From Dictyostelium discoideum (Eukaryota), in the NCBI GenBank assembly GCA_000004695.1, contig CM000152.2, forward strand, positions 5,568,001 through 5,632,000: a DNA stretch of 64,000 nucleotides, read 5' to 3'. Position numbers and translations under genes: made by a program. The notes beneath the pieces were generated by a model. It did no database searches. It was not told the origin of the DNA and worked only from the letters and a program-made list of their open reading frames with translations. Below, in pieces: positions 55,104 to 64,000 of this stretch (within the stretch, counting starts at the first letter, position 1; each line of letters begins with the position of its first letter).

Positions 55104-56547
55104 AAAATAGAAATAAAAAAAAAAATAAAAATATTTTTACTAATTTTTTTTAAATTAATTATATCTTTTTTTTTTTTTATTTTTAGGATTTTTATGTGAT
55201 GCATATGATTTATTTGTAATTAATTTAGTATTAGTTATATTACAAAAACTTTATAAAGAATCAAGTGGTGATTCATCGATGGTATCCACTGGTGCATTAT
55301 GGGGAGCAGTTGGTGGTCAAATTGTTTTTGGATTTTTAGCAGATAGAATTGGTAGAAAGATAGGGTTTATTATAACGTTATCATTTATTATTGTTGGGGC
55401 ATTTGCAAGTGCAGTTTCATTTGACAAGGCAGCATTGAATATTTTTGGTATGTTGACATTGTGGAGAACCATTTTGGGTTTCGGTATTGGTGGTGAGTAT
55501 CCATTGTCGGCCACAATCTCCAGTGAGAGTAGTAGCAGTGATAGAAAGCGTGGTTCTCAAGTGGCCTCAGTGTTTAGTATGCAAGGTTTGGGTATAATTC
55601 TATCGCCAGTGGTTGTTATAGTGCTCTTGAAAATCTGTGGTTCAAATCATATTGATTTAGTGTGGAGATTGGCATTGGGGTTCGGCGGCATACCAGGTTT
55701 GGTGATGATTTACTTTAGAATTAAAATGAAAGAGACTAAAAGCTTTTCAAATAAAGCAAAGATTCAAAAGAAACAAATGTTTTTATCAATTATGAAATAT
55801 TGGAAGACTTTAGCGGGTACTGCCGGTGGTTGGTTCATTTTCGATATCACATTCTATGCTAATGGTCTTTTCAATGGCACTATTGTGTCTTTGATTGGTT
55901 TCGATGATGCTAGCAATACTTATGATGAGATTTGGAATACAACTTTGGTTTCACTCTATCTTGCACTCATTGGTTTGCCAGGCTATTTCGTTGGTATCGC
56001 ATTGATTGACCGTTTGGGAAGAAAGAAGTTACAAATGTTGGGTTTCGCTCTACTAGGTATAACCTATATGGTGATGGGTATAAGTTATGATCATATCGTA
56101 AAGATTAAAGCTTTGTTCATTGTACTCTATGGTTTAACTTTCTTTTTCGGTAATGCTGGTCCAAATACTACAACTTTTGTATTGCCTTCAGAATCTTTCC
56201 CAACTAAAATTCGTGCAACTTGTCATGGTTTATCTGCTGCTGCCGGTAAAATTGGTGCTGTAATCGGTGGTGCAACAATCAAACCTTTATTTACAAACTA
56301 TGGATTAGGTAAAACTTTAATCGTTTGTGGTGCTATTGCTTTCGTTGGTTTAATTCTTACCTTTTTAATAGTTGAAGAAACAATGGGTAAACCAATCATT
56401 GAAGATGAAGATATTCAATTAGATAATATCTCTGATGATCCATCTTTACGTGAATCAACTGGTAGTTCAAGTTCTGGTGTTGAGGATAATATTGATAATA
56501 ATAATAATAATAATAATACTATTACAAATCCAATTGAAAGTAATTAA
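54573..56547 (+). CDS. Inorganic phosphate:H+ symporter of the major facilitator superfamily (PHO84-like). 2 exons, approx 54573..55044, 55187..56547. Long Asn-rich cytosolic N-terminus.
   Basis: Exon 2 begins GFLCDAYDLFVINLVLVILQKLY...GALWGAVGGQIVFGFLADRIGRK...TLWRTILGFGIGGEYPLSATISSE...RGSQVASVFSMQGLGI (PHO84 motifs GGDYPLS, TSE). About 12 predicted TM segments. Donor GTAAGA, acceptor ttttag. Confidence 0.85.
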
Positions 56548-56576
56548 TAACTAAAAAAAAAAAAAAAAAAAAAAAA

Positions 56577-56619
<43 letters not shown>

Positions 56620-56787
56620 TATACACAAAATATCATGACACACATAAATTCAAAAAAAAAAAAAAAAAAAACCTCAAAAAAAAAAAGAAATATTATAATA
56701 TATAAATGTATTAATATATATTTATATAATAATAACATATATATTAATTCATTTTATAATATAATAATAAATTAATAAAAATAATTT

Positions 56788-56822
<35 letters not shown>

Positions 56823-56969
56823 CCTTCCTCCAATTAAAGTAAAAATAAATAATAAAATTATCAAATAAAAAATAAAAAAAGTAATAATTACAATTTATTA
56901 TTTATTATTACAAAAATAAAATATATATATATTGTCTTTATTTTTTTATTTAATTTATTTTATTTTATT

Positions 56970-57478
56970 TTATTTTAATAATTTTTCAAAAGATAATTTA
57001 TCCTCGGCAGAAACTTTTTGTGGGAAAATAATATTGAAAATAACGTAAAGATCACCAGTTTGAGATGGGAAAGAATGATGTGGCATACCTTCACCATCAA
57101 CTTTAATGGTTAAACCTGGTGAAGTTACATCGACACGATTGATTTCAACTTTGTGACCATCTAAATGATCGATTTCCTTCTTGAAACCAACCAATGCTTC
57201 TAATAATGTAATTGACATATCATAGTAAAGATTATCACCAGATCTTCTAAATTTGCTATCTGGGGATGTAACAATTTTGAAAATGATATCACCTGGAGTA
57301 ACATCTGGTGATTCTTCACCTAATTGTTCTAATTTAATAATTGATTGATCATTCATACCTCTTTCAATTTCAATTGTATATGTTTCTTCTCCAATCTCTA
57401 CTTTCTTACCATGACAGTGTGGACATTTACTTGTAACCTTTTTACCTTTACCTCCACATTCATCACAACTATTATTAA

Positions 57479-57565
<87 letters not shown>

Positions 57566-58340
57566 CATCATCGTCATCATCATTAGTATTATTATTAATT
57601 AATTGAAAATGAAGTTTATAATTAAAATACATACGCTGATTGAATTTGTTGTACAAAACCTGGACCTAATTGTTGAACCTTTAATTTGATACCAGAACCT
57701 TTACAGCCACCGCAAGTAGTGACATCTGATGCTTTTTTAGCACCAGAACCACGACATTTTGTACAGAGAACTTGTTTCTTATGTGTTACTTTTGTGGTTT
57801 TTCCAATGTATAAATCCTTTAATGTAACTTCTAATTCCAATTCAATATCAGCTCCTCTTTGTTGTTGTTGGGCTTGTTGTTGATGTCTACCACCACCTCC
57901 AAATCTAATAAATAAATAAATAAATTAATTAATTAATTAATTAATTAATTAATAATAAATATTTTTATTTTTTATTATTATTTATTTTTTTTTATTTTTA
58001 TTTTTTTTTTTACTTACACAGAGAAAATATCAAATGGATCGAAACCACCACCGCCATGGTTTTGTTTTAAACCTTCTTCACCATATTGATCATAGATTCT
58101 TCTTTTTTCTGGATCACTTAATGTTTCATAAGCTGAATTGATTTCGATATACATATCTTTTTTATCTGGATTCTTATCTGGATGATATTTCACTGATAAT
58201 TTACGATATGATCTTTTGATATCAGCTGGTGAAGAATCTCTAGTTATACCTAATATATCATAGAAATCTCTACCTGCGTATGTAAAAACTGATAAACATA
58301 CAACAATAACTAAAATTATTAATGATTTTATTTTCATCAT
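56970..58340 (-). CDS. Type I DnaJ/Hsp40 with N-terminal signal peptide (ER-lumenal, Scj1-like). 3 exons, approx 58340..58018, 57904..57635, 57468..56970. Intron 2 is an (AAT)n/poly-Asp-looking AT-rich tract.
   Basis: Signal MMKIKSLIILVIVVCLSVFTYA + J domain RDFYDILGITRDSSPADIKRSYRKLSVKYHPDKNPD...AYETLSDPEKRRIYDQYGEEG. G/F region FGGGGRHQQQ. Four CxxCxGxG zinc repeats (CTKCRGSG, CGGCKGSG, CDECGGKG, CPHCHGKK) are split by the GTATGT...aataatag intron. C-terminal substrate domains. The ORF-track ORF 56970..57656 reads through this intron. Confidence 0.85.
57478..57575. repeat. (ATT)n/(AAT)n microsatellite forming most of DnaJ intron 2.
   Basis: Perfect trinucleotide run. Similar (AAT)n runs fill RhoGEF introns at 27841-27940 and 28785-28905. 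Confidence 0.9.
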
Positions 58341-58476
58341 TTTTTTTTTTCTTTTTTTCCTAAACTTATTTAAATAAATATTTTTATTGAAAAAAATAAA
58401 AAAATTATGTATATATTCGGTTGATGAAAACAAATATATTGAAATTACTATTATTACAATTCAAAAAACAAAAAAA

Positions 58477-58521
<45 letters not shown>

Positions 58522-58538
58522 AGGCGACTGTACAGCGC

Positions 58539-58578
<40 letters not shown>

Positions 58579-58848
58579 GCTTTTTTTTTTTAATTCCACA
58601 AACATATGCATAAATCTTAATTTTTTTTTTTTTTTTTTTTTTTTCAATTATTTTCCAATTCAACATTAGAAATATTGACTTGAATTATTATTATTTGAGT
58701 TTATTTTCAGTAATTTTTTTTTTTTTTTTTTTTTTTTCTTTCAAAAAAACAATTATCAATGGATTTTCTTATCTTAATATCTTTTTAACCAATTCCTTTT
58801 GTCAAGAATGAAATTCATTTTTTTTTTCATTTATATTATTGATGTTAT

Positions 58849-58905
<57 letters not shown>

Positions 58906-59325
58906 GATTAACTATATATAGCATTTTTAATTAGGAAATTACTATTAATAGCTTTTGTTGAACTGCTTTTTGTTTTTTTTATTATGTCACAGTTATATTA
59001 AATATTGTTATAAAAAAAAAAAAAAACAAAAAAAAAGCAAAAAATTGGTGTTAGCGATTATTGCTTGTGTTGAAAATATTGTATTCTTAAATTTAATTTT
59101 TCCCACACTTATTGGTAAATTAAAATATTATTAATATTGTTAATCATTTATATTAATTTTTAATAAATAATAAATATATATAAATATAAAAATATTATTA
59201 TTAATATTTAATTTAATTTTTTTTTAGAGAAAAAAAAAAAGTATAAATTGAAATTGAAAATATATTATTCATCATTTAAAAATAAATTATTTGTTTATTA
59301 AAAAATAATACACAAAGTAAAAAAA

Positions 59326-59680
59326 ATGACAATTTTATGTAAGTTCAATAAAATATTTAAAAAAAAAAAAAAAAAAAACCTATTATTTATTTTTCTAAAC
59401 ATTTTTTTTTTTTTTAATTTCTAATATAGCTGCAATTACTTCAATTTCAAGACCAAATAAAATTAGTAAATCAGTTATTTCATCAAATGGAGGTTCTTCA
59501 TTGTCAATGGGTTCTAATTCAGTCTCATGTTATAATGCTTGTGGAGGTGGTTCAAGTTATTCATATAGCTCAAGCTATTCAGGTTCAGGTTTAGATTATT
59601 CATATAAGGCAAACTATTCAAGTTCAACTGGTTATAATTCCTCTGTTGTAATTGCAAGTTCAACATGTCATTGCAGTTAA
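59326..59680 (+). CDS. HssA/2C/7E-family small secreted Ser/Gly-rich protein, copy 1. Exons 59326..59338 and 59430..59680.
   Basis: ATGACAATTTTAT|GTAAGT ... ctaatatag|CTGCAATT gives [87 protein letters not shown]. The composition and MTIL... N-terminus fit the Dictyostelium hssA/2C/7E family. Assigned from memory and not verified. Confidence 0.7.
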
Positions 59681-60479
59681 TTAATTTAATTAACTCTAAT
59701 TAATTAATTTATTAATTAATTCAACCTTGGAAATTATTTCTTTGGTCATTTAAAAAATGTATTTTAATAAAAAAAAAAAAAAAATTGAAAAAAAATTATA
59801 AATTTTAAATTGTTTTAAAATTATATTTACCTTAATAATATTATACAAATAAAATTAATTATTATTATAGTGACAATAATAAAAAAAAAATTTTAATAGT
59901 AATTAAATGATTTTTTTAAGTTATAAAATATTTTTTATTTTTAATATTGAATTTCATTTTTTTATTTTTTTTTTTGGATTTGAATATATATTATATTGAT
60001 GTTATTGAAAGTTTTTTTTATTTTTTATTTTTATTTTTTGAATCTACTATATAAATAGCTTTTTTAATTAGGAAATTACTATAAATAGCCTTTGATGGTG
60101 AACTGCTACTGTTTTTTTATTATGTCACAGTTAAAATTAATTGTTTGAAAAAAAAAAAAAACAAAAAATTGGTGGGAGCTATTATTGCTTGTGTTGAAAA
60201 TATTGTATTCTTAAATTTAAATTTTCCCACACATATTGGTAAATTAAAATAGTATTAAAATTGTTAATCATTTATATTTAATAAACAATAAATATATTTT
60301 TTAGTATTGTTTAAAATTATTTATTTATTTATTTATTCATTTATTTTTTTAAATTTTTTTATTTTTTTATTTTTTTTTGGTAAAAAAAAAATTATAAATA
60401 CAAATTAAAAATATATCATTCATCATTTTTAAAATAAAATATTTGTTTAATAAAAAATTAAACATAAAAATATAAAAAA

Positions 60480-60840
60480 ATGACAATTTTATGTAAGTTC
60501 AATAAAAAATTAAAATAAAAAAAAAAAACTAATTATTTATTTTCCTAAAATTTTTTTTTTTTTAATTTTTAAACATTTTTTTAATATAGCTGCAATTACT
60601 TCAATTTCAAGACCAAATAAAAGTAGTAAATCAGTTGTTTCATCAAATGGAGGTTCTTCATTATCAATGGGTTCTAATTCAGTATCATGTTTTAATGCTT
60701 GTGGAGGTGGCTCAAGTTATTCATATAGCTCAAGTTACTCAGGTTCAGGTTTAGATTATTCATATAAGGCAAACTACTCAAGTTCAAATGGTTATAATTC
60801 CTCTGTTGTAATTGCAAGTTCAACATGCCATTGCAGTTAA
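60480..60840 (+). CDS. HssA/2C/7E-family protein, copy 2. Exons 60480..60492 and 60590..60840.
   Basis: Same structure as copy 1. Product [87 protein letters not shown]. Confidence 0.7.
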
Positions 60841-61261
60841 TTAGTTTAATTAACTATAATTAATTAATTTATTAATTGTTTCAACCTTGGAAATTATATC
60901 TTTGGTCATTAAAAAAATGTATATATGTAAAAAAAAAAATTATAATAAAAATTATCAATTTGAAATCGTTTAAAAAAACAATATAATTTACTTAATAATA
61001 TTAAACAAATTAAATTTATAATTTGATTACCATCTTCTAATGGCATGGTAAGATTGGAAAAGATATATTTTTTTTTTCTTTTTTTTTTCTGTTTGTGTTT
61101 TAAAATTTTTTTTTGAATTTGATTTGATATTAATATTGATGTTTAGACAGTTATTTTTTATATTTGGAACCTACTATTATAGGATTCTTAATAAGGAAAT
61201 TACTATTAATAGCTTTTGTGGGGAAGTGCTTCTGTTTTTTTATGTCACAGTTAAAATTATA

Positions 61262-61327
<66 letters not shown>

Positions 61328-61613
61328 TTGGTGTGAGCGATTATTGCTTGTGTTGAAAATATTGTATTCTTAAATTTAATTTTTCCCACACTTATTGGTA
61401 AATTAAAATATTATTAATACCGTTAACCATTTATATTTAATAAGCATATAAATAATATTATTTAAATAATATTATTTAAATAATATTATTTGTTATTTAT
61501 TTATTTTTTTTTTTTGTTAAAAAAAAAAAGTATAAATTGAAATTGAAAAAATATTATTAATTATTAGAAAATAAATATTTTGTTTATTATAAAAAAATAT
61601 TTTAAATTAAAAA

Positions 61614-61961
61614 ATGACAATTTTATGTAAGTTCAATAAAATATTTAAAAAATAATAAACAAAAAACTAATTTTTTTTTTTGTCTAAACTTTTTTTAATT
61701 TCCAATCTAGCTGCAATTACTTCAATTTCAAGACCAAATAAAATTAGTAAATCAGTTATTTCATCAAATGGAGGTGCATCATTATCAATGGGTTCTAATT
61801 CAGTATCATGTTTTAATGCTTGTGGAGGTGGCTCAAGTTATTCATATAGCTCAAGTTACTCAGGTTCAGGTTTAGATTATTCATATAAGGCAAACTACTC
61901 AAGTTCAACTGGCTATAATTCCTCTGTTGTAATTGCAAGTTCAACATGTCATTGCAGTTAA
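61614..61961 (+). CDS. HssA/2C/7E-family protein, copy 3. Exons 61614..61626 and 61711..61961.
   Basis: Same structure. ...[26 protein letters not shown]...[18 protein letters not shown]. Matches ORF-track 61680..61961 over exon 2. Confidence 0.7.
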
Positions 61962-62696
61962 TTAATTTAATTAACTCTAATTAATTAATTTATTAATTAA
62001 TTCAACCTTGGAAATTATTTCTTTGGTCATTAAAAAATGTATATATGTAAAAAAATAAATAAATAAAAATTACAAAATAAATCATTGTGTGTTGGTTTTT
62101 TTTTAAGTGTTAATCTTTTCTCTATCTCTCAACAATTGGATTACCATATTCGAATGGCTTTGTAGGATCAGAAAGTATATTTATATATTTTTATTTTGAA
62201 TTTCATTTTATTTTAATTTATATTTCTAACTTTTTTTTTTGAATTTGAAATTATGTAATTAATAGTTTTTTTTTTTATTTTATTTTTTTATTTTAAACCT
62301 ACTATAAATGCATTTTATATATGGAAATTACTATAAATAGCTTTTGTGGTGAAGTGATACTGTTTTTTATTATGTCACAGTTAAAATTATATTGTTGGAA
62401 AAAAAAAAAACAAAAAAAAAAAAAAGCAAAAAATTGGTGGGAGCGATTATTGCTTGTGTTGAAAATATTGTATTCTTAAATTTAATTTTTCCCACGTATT
62501 GGTAAATTAAAATATTATTAAAACAGTTAATCATTTTTATTTATTATATCAATATCAATTAATTTAATTTTATTTAATTATATAATTTTTTTTTTTTGGT
62601 GAAAAAAAAAAGTATAAATTGAAATTAAAAATAAATTATTCATCATTGAAAAAATATATTATTTGTTAAATAAAAAATTAAATTTTAAATAAAAAA

Positions 62697-63035
62697 ATGA
62701 CAATTTTATGTAAGTTAAATAAAATAATTAAAAAAATAAAAAAAAAACTAATTATTTATTTTTTTAAACATTTTTTTAAAATAGCTACAATCACTTCAAT
62801 TTCAAGACCAAATAAAATTAGTAAATCATTTGTTTCATCAAATGGAGGCTCTTCAATATCAATGGGTTCTAATTCAGTAGCATGTTATAATGCTTGTGGA
62901 GGTGGCTCAAGTTATTCATATAGCTCAAGTTACTCAGGTTCAGGTTTAGATTATTCATATAAGGCAAACTACTCAAGTTCAACTGGTAATAATTCCTATG
63001 TTGTAATTGCAAGTTCAACATGCAATTGTAATTAA
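62697..63035 (+). CDS. HssA/2C/7E-family protein, copy 4 (most diverged). Exons 62697..62709 and 62785..63035.
   Basis: Same structure. Exon 2 encodes [41 protein letters not shown]...[18 protein letters not shown]. The ORF-track 62697..63035 reads through the 75-nt intron in frame. Confidence 0.7.
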   Translation: MTILCKLNKIIKKIKKKLIIYFFKHFFKIATITSISRPNKISKSFVSSNGGSSISMGSNSVACYNACGGGSSYSYSSSYSGSGLDYSYKANYSSSTGNNSYVVIASSTCNCN

Positions 63036-63244
63036 TTAATTTAAAAATAATTAATTGATTCAACCTTGGAAATTATTTCTCTGGTCATTAAAAAAATGTA
63101 TATATGTAAAAAAATAAATAAAAATTTCAAAATTAAGTAATGATTGTAGGTTTTTATTTTAAGTGTTAATCTTTTCTATTTTTCTTGATTTTTTAATACT
63201 CCGATAACCATCTTCAAATGGCCTGAAAAGATCAGAAAGTATAT

Positions 63245-63283
<39 letters not shown>

Positions 63284-63689
63284 TATAAATAGCTTTTTTA
63301 ATTAGGAAATTACTATTAATAGCTTTTGGGGTCAACTGCCACTGTTTTTTTATTATATCTCAGTTAAAATTAAAATGTTGAAAAAAAAAAAAAAAAAAAT
63401 TGGTGGGAGCGATTATTGCTTGTGTTGAAAATATTGTATTCTTAAATTTATATTTTCCCACACTTATTGGTATATTAAAATATAATTAAAACAGTTGATC
63501 ATTTGTATTTAATAATTAATAAACATAATATTAACATCACCATCAATTTATTTAATTTTATTTTATTTAATTATTTAAATTTTTTTTTTGGTAAAAAAAA
63601 AAAGTATAAATTGAAATTAAAAATATATTATTCATCATTAAAAAAATATATTATTTGTTAATTAAAAAAAAAAATTTTAAAATAAAAAA

Positions 63690-64000
63690 ATGACAATTTT
63701 ATGTAAGTCCAATAAAATAATAAAAAAAAAAAAAACTAATTATTTATTTTTCTTAACATTTTTTTTTTTAATATCTAATATAGCTGCAATTACTTCAATT
63801 TCAAGACCAAATAAAAGTAGTAAATCAGTTATTTCATCAAATGGAGGTTCTTCATTATCAATGGGTTCTAATTCAGTATCATGTTTTAATGCTTGTGGAG
63901 GTGGCTCAAGTTATTCATATAGCTCAAGTTACTCAGGTTCAGGTTTAGATTATTCATATAAGGCAAACTACTCAAGTTCAACTGGTTATAATTCCTCTGT
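63690..64000 (+). CDS. HssA/2C/7E-family protein, copy 5, 3'-truncated by the window end. Exons 63690..63702 and 63784..>64000.
   Basis: Same ATGACAATTTTAT|GTAAGT first exon and ctaatatag acceptor. ...[72 protein letters not shown].... Confidence 0.65.
   Translation, partial: MTILCKSNKIIKKKKTNYLFFLTFFFLISNIAAITSISRPNKSSKSVISSNGGSSLSMGSNSVSCFNACGGGSSYSYSSSYSGSGLDYSYKANYSSSTGYNSS

Larger units (their letters stand above)
58900..64000 (+). repeat. Tandem gene array, ~1.1-kb unit x5 (5th truncated by the window end). Each unit holds a conserved ~240-bp upstream module, TATA-like gtataaattgaaattgaaaa ~65 bp before the ATG, a 2-exon hssA-like gene and a conserved 3' flank caaccttggaaattatttctttggtcatt.
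   Basis: Upstream modules lie at approx 58905-59150, 60040-60280, 61170-61440, 62290-62545, 63280-63520. They share tatgtcacagtta and ggtgggagcgattattgcttgtgttgaaaatattgtattcttaaatttaatttttcccacacttattggtaaattaaaata. The AT-rich spacers between module, TATA and 3' flank are much less conserved than the modules. Confidence 0.85.

Overview
This window reads as AT-rich (~75-80% A+T) Dictyostelid-type amoebozoan nuclear DNA, most consistent with Dictyostelium discoideum. It has homopolymer A/T intergenic tracts, poly-Asn/Gln/Thr coding runs, short (~80-250 nt) introns with GTAAGT/GTATGT donors and (T/A)nAG acceptors, and a 100-N scaffold gap. Prokaryotic feature classes (CRISPR, operons, sigma promoters) do not apply. 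I can support about 27 protein-coding genes, most of them multi-exon, built by hand-translating both strands around the ORF track. In window order they are: a formin FH2 C-terminus, a Rap1-GAP, a Tup1-like WD40 corepressor, an FNIP-repeat protein, a secreted CDA-fold deaminase with a Thr/Pro linker and a C-terminal carbohydrate-binding-like domain, three paralogous profilin-like proteins, an enoyl-CoA hydratase/isomerase, a CARMIL-like LRR protein, an acid-sphingomyelinase-like phosphodiesterase, an ER FKBP, a DH-PH-FYVE (FGD-like) RhoGEF, a MYND zinc-finger gene carrying an in-frame TAA, an Asn-rich protein with an HEPN-like RNxxAH motif that spans the gap, an hnRNP R/Q-like 3xRRM protein, a complete bacterial-type NAD+-dependent DNA ligase (LigA architecture), a SERF peptide, a TBC/ankyrin RabGAP, a leishmanolysin-like M8 peptidase, a PHO84-like phosphate transporter, an ER-lumenal type I DnaJ, and a tandem array of five HssA/2C/7E-like small secreted protein genes. 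No tRNA, rRNA or recognisable transposon was found. The most interesting items are listed here. (1) A eukaryotic LigA-type ligase. (2) A secreted nucleic-acid/nucleotide deaminase fused to a cellulose-binding-like module. (3) A three-member family of N-terminally extended profilin-fold proteins. (4) A ~240-bp non-coding module selectively conserved upstream of every hssA-like copy. (5) A ~60-bp-stem, relatively GC-rich hairpin in an intergenic block. (6) An in-frame stop inside a MYND finger. All coordinates come from manual indexing and may be off by 1-3 nt. Exon boundaries are inferred from splice consensus and reading-frame continuity, not from transcript data.
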